From: Macrostomum lignano
Taxonomy: Eukaryota
NCBI GenBank assembly: GCA_002269645.1
Contig: NIVC01004647.1
Span: 1-39,585, forward strand
DNA length: 39,585 nucleotides
Reading direction: 5' to 3'
In this document: positions 1 through 16,196 of the stretch, piece by piece
Numbering within the stretch: position 1 is the stretch's first letter
How the letters are laid out: every line of letters begins with the position of its first letter
Notes under the pieces: model-generated
What the model saw: only the letters and a program-made list of their open reading frames with translations
What the model was told of the DNA's origin: nothing
Database searches by the model: none
Made by a program: the position numbers and the translations under genes

Positions 1-5998
<5,998 letters not shown>

Positions 5999-6645
5999 TT
6001 GACAAAGGCTGAAATGAATGAATTTAAGCATTAGTGATTACCAGTAATTATAACAATAATCGTATTCACTAAAGAAAAGTCCTTCACTAGTAGTTACCCG
6101 GAATTCCCATAATTACTCAGCTTTTACTCCATTTGCGCCCCAGTAAGTATGTATAGTCTAAGCTATTTAAATACTTATAGTCTACGAGCATATAAATCAA
6201 CCAACAGACTCTACTAAAGATCATTTCATATTCATATTACAATCTAACTTGCTATAGAAAGTACTTCATTACTTGACTGAAATAATATAAATGATAGGAT
6301 ATCATCATTACTATTATCATACTATTATTATGAATAAAATTATATACATCTCGGATCATTTGTGACCAAACAAGAATGATTCAAAATTTCTTGACTACAA
6401 ATTTGCCCAAATAAGCTTGTTTTTTTATTTAGTCTTCCATGCATTTCTAGGTTTCATTAACGACGAAAAGTGTATTCATGATTTCAATGCATTAACCTGC
6501 ATTTAAAAACGAGAAGCACTTCTTGTTTCCTATGCTATAGCAATACCATACTGGACTATTTCAGTGTTACTGTTATTTTGAAATTGACATATATTGCAAC
6601 GAACCTAATATTGCGTTGCTTTTTAGTTGTAACTGCCTAATAAAA

Positions 6646-6885
6646 TTTATAATGAACCAGGCAGAACTTTGTGTCAAGTTTGTTCTGTTTTGACTATTGT
6701 CATTGAAACACTCCCGTAAATCTAGCCGCATGCCATCCTCATAAAAAATTTAAATGTTTGCGACAGCTATAAATCAGGATATTTTGCAAAGATTTAGACA
6801 CTTTATTTATAAAATTTAATTTTATAATGAACCAGGCAGAACTTTGTGTCAAGTTTGTTCTGTTTTGACTATTGTCATTGAAACA
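6646..6885. repeat. 65-bp direct repeat (6646-6710 and 6821-6885) with a partial inverted copy near 6965-6985
   Basis: TTTATAATGAACCAGGCAGAACTTTGTGTCAAGTTTGTTCTGTTTTGACTATTGTCATTGAAACA occurs twice, 175 bp apart. AGTCAAACAGAATCCAACTTG is an imperfect reverse complement of its middle. Confidence 0.85.
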
Positions 6886-9374
6886 TTGAAACATATTTCG
6901 AATCGGTTATAAAATGTTTACGAATCCATAACAGTACAAGAAACAAAGTCTAACAGTCAAACAGAAGTCAAACAGAATCCAACTTGCGTGTCTTTCAGCA
7001 CCAGAATCCTGCTGAATTTTACGCTTCAGTCCTCAGGACACCAGCGTCGGATGAAATCTTATTAATATTTTCCAGTTCTTGTTGAATAATCTTTATTGAT
7101 AATATCTACAAATAAAAGTATAGTTTATCTGTGTAAAAGCTTTTTATTTATTTAATTATTTAATTGGTAAAACATTGCAACTGAATAATATTTTTCTTTT
7201 TACTAATTTAATACAAAAATTATATATTTGTTAAACTTTACTGAACGGATTTATTTTCTATGTACAGTTCTTTCACGTAATAGAAAAAGCTACAACGTGC
7301 ATTTCGCAGCAAATAGGCCCTATACTATATCATATCACTATCAGTCGAATATCAAGCCTACATAGATACAGTAACTGTTAAGGAAGGATGGAAAACTTAT
7401 GGTTGATTTGCATCCCTTTCGCTTTATCCTTTGTGCTTTGTGATTTTCAAGTTACTTTTGGTTTTAATTTTTTGATAAATTTCACTTGCTCGAGTAAAAA
7501 GCACATCTTACTCTTGACGTTTGAACATTCGTTATCATTTGACCCGTGACATTGGTCAAGTAGTCAAAAAATTACAAAACACGTTTTTTATTTTAACACC
7601 TATTAGTTAGTTATATTAGGCCTATCGTGTATTTACCTATTAGGTTAGTTAGATAGGCCTAGGCTGGGCCTACTCTGATCACCTGGCCTAGTAAAAAAGT
7701 TAGGCCTTGGCCTTAAAAAAAATTTTTTTAGGCCTTGCATATATTTAGTGTCGTCCAGACAAGCTTGAGTCTTTTAGACAGTTTCATTAAGCTGAAGCAC
7801 AAAAAAGCTTGCTTTCCCAAAACTACAATTTTGTAAGCTTACTAAAACAATTCCTATGCCTTTTTGGGTTTTATAATACTTAGGTTTTATAATTATATTA
7901 TAGGGCCTAGCTTTCTTTTTACTAAAAATATTATATTAACTAAATTAGGCCTATACAATCAGGATAGCCAAAAGCTTGTCAATAAAAATAAAAAATGTTT
8001 TTATTCATTGCTAAAGGGTGTAGGCCTAATCCAAGCTAGACACTAGACCCTAATGTGAGTATTTTTGTGATTGTCTGTTTTGTATACCTAAAGGCTAAAC
8101 ATTTCTTATTGGCTATATATTTTATAAAATAGATAATGCAGACAATCCAATTTTAGGCTTATAATGAATAGGATTGGAATCCCTATTTAAAATTTTACTA
8201 GTGTTGTATTAGATCACTATAGCAAGTATAAAACTATAACAGTAGTATATTTATTAGTCAAAAAGTAGTGCCCTATTAACAAATAAATTTTCAAATTTAT
8301 ATTTGGCCTATATCTACAAATTTGCTATATAGGCCCATAAATATTATTCTAAAATAGATAAATAAGTATAAGTTAGTTAATTCTAAATAGGTCTAGTATA
8401 GGCCTACTTAAACTTTAATAAAGATATCTTTGAAGTATAAAGTACTATACCAATGGCTATTAGTATTGGTATTTAAGCATTATATTAGTTATAAGCTAGC
8501 TTTTATATAGTTCAAGTTTGAAAATTTTAGATATATTGTTTGCATATAAGCATGCCAACTGATTTCATTCATGCTAAATACTGACTACATAGTTTAAGGA
8601 ATGATAAACTTTGTCACATAGGCCATATGTGGCCCATAAAGCCTCTCTATCTTGCCCTTCAGTCTTTTATAAAACTTCAAAACAACAATTTGACTAGCTT
8701 ATCATTTGTTTCCTTTGTTTTCTTTCTCCCCTTTTCTTTCTTTTTTCTCTTCTTCCTAGAGGTTAGTTAGGAAATGTCTATTGTTTTTTTGTTGTCTATT
8801 TGTTACTTGTAAAGAACAAAGATTCTATCCAGATGTCCCCTATCAGGTGGCAAAGATTGCTAGTCCCAACCCTAAAAAGGAATTAGGAACAGGTCTTTTG
8901 ATTCAAAATTTGTAGATTTAGTAATTTCTAAGTGTTATTTTGTTGTTGGTTATAAAACTTTGCATCTATTCTATCATTTTTCACCTTTGGCTTTTGATCT
9001 TGATGTTGTTGGTTCAATTTTGTTCAACTCTATATGACCTACAAACTACAGTACACTAGTAAAGACCTAACCCTGATTCCCAAATCTTGATCATGATCCC
9101 AAGAAAAAGATTAATCCCAATCCCACCCAATGATTTCAATCCCATCCAACCTCTAATTCTCCCCCTCCTCTTATCTCTCCTCTGATCTCTTTTCTCATCT
9201 GGACAATGCTCTAGGCAATGATACTAGGCCATTAGATAGATGACTGGGTAAATACTAAATTTACTTTTTTCTAAAATTCTACAAATATTTTCTCACAAAC
9301 ATCAGTTATTCCAATAGTAATTTCAAATTATTTATTTTTAACCTGATTGTGGCAATTTGATTTTAGTCGAAGTA

Positions 9375-10359
9375 CGAGGGGTGTCCAAAAAGTAGTGATA
9401 CTTTTAACTGTAGCTCTCGTTCTATAGCTTCCTGTGATTTAAAATTTTATGAACTGATAGCGGCAAATCTCTTCTACAGACTGCTTTTTTAATTTTTAAA
9501 ATTGATACTAGAAAACAAAAGTTATACCCATGAAAGTAACAGTACCTGTACCAGAGAGTTACACAAATTATAGGCTGAGCTTCACGAGATCCATGCCGAG
9601 TAAGCTTTGATGAATTGTTGATTTCGGTTTGTCCAACCTGTTAGCGATCTCTCTAATGGTCATTCGGGAGTCCTCGTCAAGAAGATTCAGAATGGAGTCC
9701 CCCAGTACATCAGGTCGATGAACTTATGGCCGCCCCGTCTGATGCTGATCTGCCAAGTCAGTCCTTCCCTCGCTGAACTGCTCCATCCATCGATAAACTG
9801 TCATTTTGCTGACCATAGAGGATCCATGCGCAGAGCAAAGTTTTGCGTGAATTTCTGAGGCACTATGGCCAGCACCCCAAAGAGTGAAGATAGTACTTTG
9901 CTGAGCAACAACTGAGTGCACATCCATGTGTGTTATTGAGTACAGGCAATGAAATCAATTGCAAAATGCAAGCTCCTCTGTTTGCAAGTAAAGTAATGAA
10001 TTTAATGCTTTATTTTTCTATGCATGATTCTGGCCATAGACAAATTTCAGTCAGTCACAGTGAACATAATTTTGCAATTGGGCTTTGGTATTGCTTAAAC
10101 AAGACATTTATCGATGCCTTCTTAATGAATAAGTGCAGAAGTCGACTATCATAAATTTTGATACAGTTTGTGTAACTCTCTGGTACAGGTACTGTTACTT
10201 TTGTGGGTATAACTTTTGTTCTCTGGTATCAATTTTAAAAATTCAAAAAGCAGTCTGTAGAAGAGATTTGCCGCTATCAGTTCATAAAATTTTAAATCAC
10301 AGGAAGCTATAGAACGAGAGCTACAGTTAAAAGTATCACTACTTTTTGGACACCCCTCG
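9375..10359 (-). mobile_element. Non-autonomous Tc1/mariner derivative with 193-bp inverted arms and TA target duplication
   Basis: TA|CGAGGGGTGTCCAAAAAGT...ACTTTTTGGACACCCCTCG|TA. Arms 9375-9567 and 10167-10359 differ at about 5 positions. The interior carries a transposase N-terminal fragment. Confidence 0.92.
9568..9927 (-). pseudogene. Truncated mariner transposase (DNA-binding HTH region only)
   Basis: MDVHSVVAQQSTIFTLWGAGHSASEIHAKLCSAHGSSMVSKMTVYRWMEQFSEGRTDLADQHQTGRP*VHRPDVLGDSILNLLDEDSRMTIREIANRLDKPKSTIHQSLLGMDLVKLSL*. It shows the mariner HTH-GRP-HTH layout with an in-frame TAA and stops just before the WVPHEL linker; the DD34D domain is absent. Confidence 0.85.
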
Positions 10360-10433
10360 TAAATTAAGGGTCTCATAGATTACACCTATAAAACTTATGT
10401 TTCTGCTGATATTAACCAATTCTAAGCACACCA

Positions 10434-13400
10434 ATGGGTACCGATCTTCGCGAACAAGTACTTCTATTCCTTGACTTCATGTCGAAATATTCGCACGTCG
10501 ATTTGCAACTGCTAACCCTGCGCCAACTGTTGGCCCAGTTCGAAAAGGAGACAGATTCGTTGCTTAATCGGCGTGAGCGGCGAATGTTTGCCGAGTTGAC
10601 TGTCGCTTTTGTTGCTAGGCGACAAGAAGCTGCAGTGGCAGCTGCGGTGAGTATGTAATGAGGGGTCGTCACACACACACACCCTCGATACACATAACTA
10701 TTGCTGGTACACAATTTACAGGTGGATAAACTGAAGCAATGCAGATTTAAGTGTCTTGCTCAAGGACACAAATTGTTCCGAGTGGGATCGGGAATAGAAC
10801 CCCCAACCTTCAAGTCAAATCTGACGCTCTAACCACTAGGTTAGAGTTTTTACTTTTTAAGAAACCTTTTTACTTTGGGACTAGATATAGAATCTAGTGC
10901 TCAGAGTGCACAGCGGGCCAGAGAGAGAAGAGAGGAGATTTGGGACGAAAAGAGAGAGGAAGGAGGGGGGAGTATAGAGGAGGGGAGAGAGGAGAGAGGA
11001 GAAGAGAAAGGAGGAGAGGGGAGGGGAGAGAGAAGGAAAGGGGAGGGGAGAGAGGAGGAGAAAGGAGGGCAGAGAGGAGGATAAAGGAGGGCAGAGAGGA
11101 GGAGAAAGGAGGGCAGAGAGGAGGAGAAAGGAGGGCAGAGAGGAGGAGAAAGGAGGGCAGAGAGGAGGAGAGAGGAGAGTGGGGGGAGAGGGGAGGGGAG
11201 GGAAGAGAGGAGGGGAGAAAAAAGAGAGGAGGAAGGGAGAAGAGGAGAGTGAGGAGGGGAAAGAAAAGAGAGGAGAGGGAAGATGAGAGGAGAGAGAGAG
11301 AAGAGACTAACCTGGAGCGGGCCGGATTGTAATTGTGAAGTTTCAAAGGACCGGATGGCCGGATAGAGAGGCTGATAGTGGGCCGCAGTGGTCCGCTGGC
11401 CGAAGTTTACCGACCCCTACTCTAACCACTAGGCTGCAACCCCCTTGAGATCCCCCCCCAGTCCTTATAGAACAGGTCATGTGCACCCAAACGCACCTAA
11501 GTTTTTATAGTATCGTTTGATCGCAAATTCAAAAGCATCCCTAATACTCGTAGATCCAAACAAATGTACCAATTGTAGAGTAGCTTCAGATCCCAATTAC
11601 AAAATAGACTCTTAATCATAGAGAGTTTGCCCGTTCATGACAAGAATCGCTGAATGGTCCTTGCAATCAACTCCCTAGAGATTCTAGAGACTTTCGGGCG
11701 ACTCTCGTGACCTTTTAGCGACTCAAACGACTGTAATGCGACTCTGAGAGGCAACTGTCGAGTCACGAGCGCATCACGCGAGTTGCAGAATCGTAAAAAA
11801 AAAAGCCGCGAAAAAGTCGCTTTGTTGGCACTTAACTTTTTACTGACTAAGTAGACAGTAGACTAAATGCGTTATAATTGCGAAATGCTATTCTAATTCA
11901 TGAAGTGAATTACAGCGACTCAACACCTCAAATTGACTCTCAGGCGGTTTGTACATCTCGTCGTTTTAGAGTCGTTTAGAGTGACTTCTTACTTTACTTG
12001 TGTTCCCTGTAAAGACTCTAAAACGACGGTGGGAGTGGGGGCTTCTCAAACTAGGTACCGTTTTCATTGGGTTGATATCCTAAATCTTTATAACACCCGA
12101 AATCTAAGTGCCAAAGTCCTCTGGTTGTACTATTAAAATAAATACAATAAAGCATCGAAACTTTCTATTCTTTGATTGGCCAGAGCCCAGCAACTTCGCC
12201 ATCGGCCTCATCGACTGAACCAATAATTGCTAAAAGTGTGACTGGCCCCGCCTTGACGTCGGCTTCAACTAAACGTTTGATCTCCGTGGCCTCGGCCTCT
12301 CCGGCTGGCTCCGAGTGCAGCCAGATGTCGCTTGACGGCATCACCGGCTTAGTGCGACAGTCCGGAGCTCGAATCCTGTCCTCGTCTACGACGCCTATTA
12401 AATCGCTTCAACAGCAGCAGCAGTCGCAACCACCGGTGTCCACTTATTGCATCCCGGTGACCAGTGCTAGTTCGGGTCAGAAGCAGGTGAGTCAGGCTTT
12501 TATTGTAGATTGTCATGCTCAGAATAACATTATGGTAGATTGTCATGCTCAGAATAACATTATGGTAGATTGTCATGCTCAGAATAACATTATGGTAGAT
12601 TGTCATGCTCAGAATAACATTATGGTAGATTGTCATGCTCAGAATAACATTATGGTAGATTGTCATGCTCAGAATAACATTATGGTAGATTGTCATGCTC
12701 AGAATAACATTATGGTAGATTGTCATGCTCAGAATAACATTATGGTAGATTGTCATACTCAGAATAACATTATGGTAGATTGTCATGCTCAGAATAACAT
12801 TATGGTAGATTGTCATACTGTTAGACTGAGATTTTGGTAGATTGTCATGCTGTTAGATTGTGAGATTTTGGTAGATTGTCATGCTGTTAGACTATGAGAT
12901 TTTGGTAGATTGTCATGCTGTTGGATTGTGAGATTTTGGTGGATTGTTATGCAGTTTGACTGTCAGATTCTGGAAGATTGTCATGCTGTTAGATTGTGAG
13001 ATTTTGGTAGATTGTCATGCTGTTAGACTGTCAGATTTTGGTGGATTGTTATGCTGTTTGACTGTCAGATTTTGGAAGATTGTCATGCTGTTAGACTGTC
13101 AGATTTTGGTGGATTGTTATGCTATTTAACTGTCAGTTTTGGTAGATTGTCATGCTGTTTGACTGTCAGTTTTGGTAGATTGTCATGCTATTTAACTGTC
13201 AGTTTTGGTAGATTGTCATGCTGTTTGACTGTCAGTTTTGGTAGATTGTCATGCTGTTTGACTGTCAGTTTTGGAAGATTGTCAGGCTGTTTGACTGTCA
13301 GTTTTGGTAGATTGTCAGGCTGTTTGACTGTCAGTTTTGGTAGATTGTCATGCTGTTTGACTGTCAGTTTTGGTAGATTGTCAGGCTGTTTGACTGTCAG

Positions 13401-14077
13401 TTTTGGTAGATTGTCATGCTGTTTGACTGTCAGTTTTGGTAGATTGTCATGCTGTTTGACTGTCAGTTTTGGTAGATTGTCATGCTGTTTGACTGTCAGT
13501 TTTGGAAGATTGTCATGCTGTTTGACTGTCAGTTTTGGTAGATTGTCATGCTGTTAGACTGTTAGACTGATTTTGATGGCCTTTCAAATTATTAATAGAT
13601 AAAACTGTTTAACTTTATACAAATTGCATTTTGTCACATTTTATAATTTTGCAGATGATTCACATTCAGGTGCAAAGAGTGTCGCAGCAGCCATCAACCT
13701 CCACGGTTGCCATGGATACCGATTCTAGCCGATCTAAATTAGATAATATTCCAGCGTCAGATGAAGAATACGAAGACGACGATTTCGAAGAAGAAAAAGG
13801 CGTGCAGAAATCGAACTCGCGACTTTCGCAGCAACAGAAAGCCTCGGCAGACGAGGCCAGGCGAGCCCTGTCCAGCCGCTACTCCGACCTGCTTCGAGTG
13901 CACAAAGAATCCGGTCTGGAATTTCCTAAGAAACAGCTGGCTTCGGCGACAGACCTGGCCGAGAAGGTGGCCACGCTGGAGGACTGGCTGCTGGCCAGGG
14001 GCCTGCCTTGGCCGCTGACGCTAGAGAGCGCGAAGCTGTTCGCCCGGGCCAATCGGATCGCGTCTGGGGACAGATGA
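10434..14077 (+). CDS. Three-exon protein: N-terminal helical (DEK-C-like) domain, Ser/Gln-rich and acidic linker, C-terminal helical domain; resembles HIRIP3
   Basis: Exons 10434-10646 (GCG|GTGAGT), 12184-12486 (CAG|GTGAGT) and 13655 (or 13670)-14077, all phase 0 and open. The N-terminal DLQLLTLRQLLAQFEKETDSLLNRRERRMFAELTVAF and C-terminal KKQLASATDLAEKVATLEDWLLARGLPWPLTLESAK recall the two conserved ends of HIRIP3. That similarity is from memory, not from a search. The gene structure is firmer than the identity. Confidence 0.7.
10690..11444 (-). mobile_element. tRNA-derived SINE (5' head plus body), interrupted in its A-box region by a ~580-bp insert
   Basis: On the - strand: GGGGTTGCAGCCTAGTGGTTAGAG (tRNA-like 5' end/A box, 11444-11420), then CCTAGTGGTTAGAGCGTCAG...GGGGGTTCTATTCCC (degenerate B box)...GTGTCCTTGAGCAAGACACTTAA...TTGCTTCAGTTTATCCACCTGTAAATTGTGTACC (10840-10705). 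These are motifs typical of invertebrate tRNA-SINEs. Confidence 0.7.
10841..11419. mobile_element. Insert with one hAT/Charlie-MITE-like end and a GA-rich low-complexity core, flanked by a 14-bp direct repeat
   Basis: The right end ...GGGCCGCAGTGGTCCGCTGGCCGAAGTTTACCGACCCCTA resembles hAT-MITE termini. CTCTAACCACTAGG is repeated at 10827-10840 and 11420-11433. The purine-rich stretch is ~10915-11310. No matching left TIR was found. Confidence 0.5.
11628..11935 (+). repeat. Interspersed repeat rich in CGACTC/GAGTCG motifs; a diverged inverted relative lies at ~24960-25165
   Basis: Shared blocks: TGACAAGAATCGCT...TTGCAA...CTAG...CGACTCTC, and TGTTGGC(A/G)CTTAACTTT(T/C)TACT(G/A)ACT(A/C)AGTAG. 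Confidence 0.65.
12505..13560. repeat. Intronic minisatellite whose unit changes from 30 bp (GTAGATTGTCATGCTCAGAATAACATTATG) to ~34 bp to 33 bp (GTAGATTGTCATGCTGTTTGACTGTCAGTTTTG)
   Basis: Seen directly; fills almost the whole of intron 2 (12487-13654) of the HIRIP3-like gene. Confidence 0.95.
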
Positions 14078-14267
14078 ACCAGATCGGATCGCGATAGGGA
14101 CTGCATTTCGCTTTGCATATACATGTAGCTGAATGCTTGCGTGCGAAATATAGTGTAATTTCTCCTGCTTTAAACTGTCAATACTGAAATGCGCAATAAA
14201 TATTTGTAAATATCTTTGTTTTCGATTTTTTACATATAGTCTTCTTTGTTTTTTATGTTTTGTCAGG

Positions 14268-15360
14268 GGACCAGCCTTCTAGATCCTCAGTTGCTGGGCC
14301 AGCCTCCCAGACCCTTTGTTGGAGGGCCAGCCTCCCAGATCCTCAGTTGCTGGGCCAGCCTCCCAGACCCTTTGTTGGAGGGCCAGCCTCCCAGATCCTC
14401 AGTTGCTGGGCCAGCCTCCCAAATCCTCAGTTGCTGGGCCAGCCTCACAGATCCTCAATTGCTGGGCCTGCCTCCCAAATCCTCAGTTGCTGGGCCAGCC
14501 TCACAGATCCTCAATTGCTGGGCCAGCCTCCCAGACCCTCAGTTGCTGGGCCAGCCTCCCAAATCCTCAGTTGTTGGGCCAGCCTCCCAAATCCTCAGTT
14601 GCTGGGCCAGCCTCCCAGCTCCTCAGTTGCTGGGCCAGCCTCCCAGATCCTCAATTGCTAGGCCAGCCTCCCAGATCCTCAGTTGTTGGGCCAGCCTCCC
14701 AGATCCTCAGTTGCTGGTCCAGCCTCCCAGATCCTCAGTTGTTGGGCCAGCCTCCCAGATCCTCAGTTGCTGGTCCAGCCTCCCAGATCCTCAGTTGCTG
14801 GTCCAGCCTCCCAGATCCTCAATTGCTGGGCCAGCCTCCCAGATCCTTAATTGCTAGGCCAGCCTCCCAGATCCTCAGTTGCTGGGCCAGCCTCCCAGAT
14901 CCTCAGTTGCTGGTCCAGCCTCCCAGATCCTCAGTTGTTGGGCCAGCCTCCCAGATCCTCAATTGCTGGGCCAGCCTCCCAGATCTTAAGTTGCTGGGCC
15001 AGCCTCCCAGATCCTCAGTTGCTGGGCCAGCCTCCCAGATCCTCAGTTGCTGGGCCAGCCTCCCAGATCCTCAGTTGCTGGGCCAGCCTCCTAGATCCTC
15101 AATTGCTGGGCCAGCTTCCCAAACCCTTAGTTGGAGGGCAAGCCTCCCAGATCCTCAGTTGCTGGGCCAGCCTCCCAGATCCTCAGTTGTTGGGCCAGTC
15201 TCCCAAATCCTCAGTTGCTGGGCCAGCCTCCCAGATCCTTAATTACTAGGCCAGCCTCCCAGATCCTCAGTTGCTGGGCCAGCCTCCCAGATCCTCAGTT
15301 GCTGGCTCAGGCTCCCAGATCCTGAGTCTCTGGGTCAGCCTCCCAGATCCTCAGTTGCTG
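14268..15360. repeat. Minisatellite, 28-bp unit (GCCAGCCTCCCAGATCCTCAGTTGCTGG), about 38 copies, between the HIRIP3-like stop and the cupin start
   Basis: Tandem copies; the 28-aa periodicity in all three + frames shows that those ORFs are repeat-derived. Confidence 0.95.
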
Positions 15361-15431
15361 AGCTATCAAATCTAATTCAGACTTACACTGCCAATTGCTG
15401 GCGCACTGAAACCCTTTGCAACAATAGCGTA

Positions 15432-15758
15432 ATGACTTCGTCGCGCAGCCTCAACGTATTTAAATGGGACGCCAGCTCGGACGGCCCGCTGTCCTCAGAG
15501 GCCATGCAGCGGAAGCTCCGCTCCCTTGGCTACTCCAGCTGCCGGTACACCTTCGGCCCCGGCACCGTGTTTCCCGATCACACTCACCCCGTTGACAAAA
15601 TGGACGCAATCGTGTCTGGCAGATTTCTGTTCAGAATGTTTGGCGAAGAGGTTGTGCTGGAACCCGGTGACAGGGTGCTGGTGCCCAAGGACACTGTGCA
15701 CTATGCCGAAGTTGTTGGCTCCCAGGATGTCGTGTTCTTTGATAGTACTAAACCTTAA
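15432..15758 (+). CDS. Small single-domain cupin (Cupin_2-like beta-barrel), 108 aa, intronless
   Basis: Cupin motif 1 GTVFPDHTHPVDKMDAIVSG and motif 2 GDRVLVPKDTVHYAEV; ATG start, TAA stop, GC-rich codon usage like the neighbouring exons. Confidence 0.9.
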   Translation: MTSSRSLNVFKWDASSDGPLSSEAMQRKLRSLGYSSCRYTFGPGTVFPDHTHPVDKMDAIVSGRFLFRMFGEEVVLEPGDRVLVPKDTVHYAEVVGSQDVVFFDSTKP

Positions 15759-16196
15759 TAGTAGCAGCTGCTGTTTAGTGATTAACAGTTTAAATTAGTT
15801 TTGCCCAAGTCTTTCATGCCCGTCAGAGTCCTGATCTGGACTGTTATGTTGACTCTCCTGATCTCTCATGATATGAAATTGAAACACTTGTATAAACTGT
15901 GTTATCAGCATAAATAATGATGGTAATTATGTGTCCAGTAAAATCGTGTGTAACCCCTGACCCTGTCTAGGTAGATGTTGTGTTGTCTTTTTCTATTATT
16001 TGTTCCGAATTTCCTTATATTTTTACTCTAAGTAGTGTAGTGAAGAAATACCAAAAATTATTAATTACTTTTGACTTTTTAATATTTCTACTGTTAGTAA
16101 GGTAGAAAGGGAAAATCGATTTATCAATGGCGGGGATTAAATAGTTTGTTATGGAACCTAAAATATTAATGCCAAAACAACCCTTGAATCCCGCAG

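Noticed and set aside
10738-10846. Possible tRNA gene on the - strand
   Set aside because: The B box is degenerate, there is no full cloverleaf, and it runs straight into SINE body motifs; called as a SINE.
10875-11346. Glu/Arg/Gly-rich and Leu/Ser/Pro-rich ORFs
   Set aside because: They come from the GA-rich low-complexity tract in an intron.
14246-15325. Long Pro/Ser/Gln-rich ORFs (up to 308 aa) as a real gene
   Set aside because: All three frames give the same 28-aa cycle from a 28-bp stop-free unit, and most start at non-ATG codons. Kept only as a speculative uORF finding.
15432-15758. Bacterial contamination as the source of the cupin
   Set aside because: It is flanked on both sides by host-type minisatellite and spliced eukaryotic genes, and its composition matches neighbouring exons.
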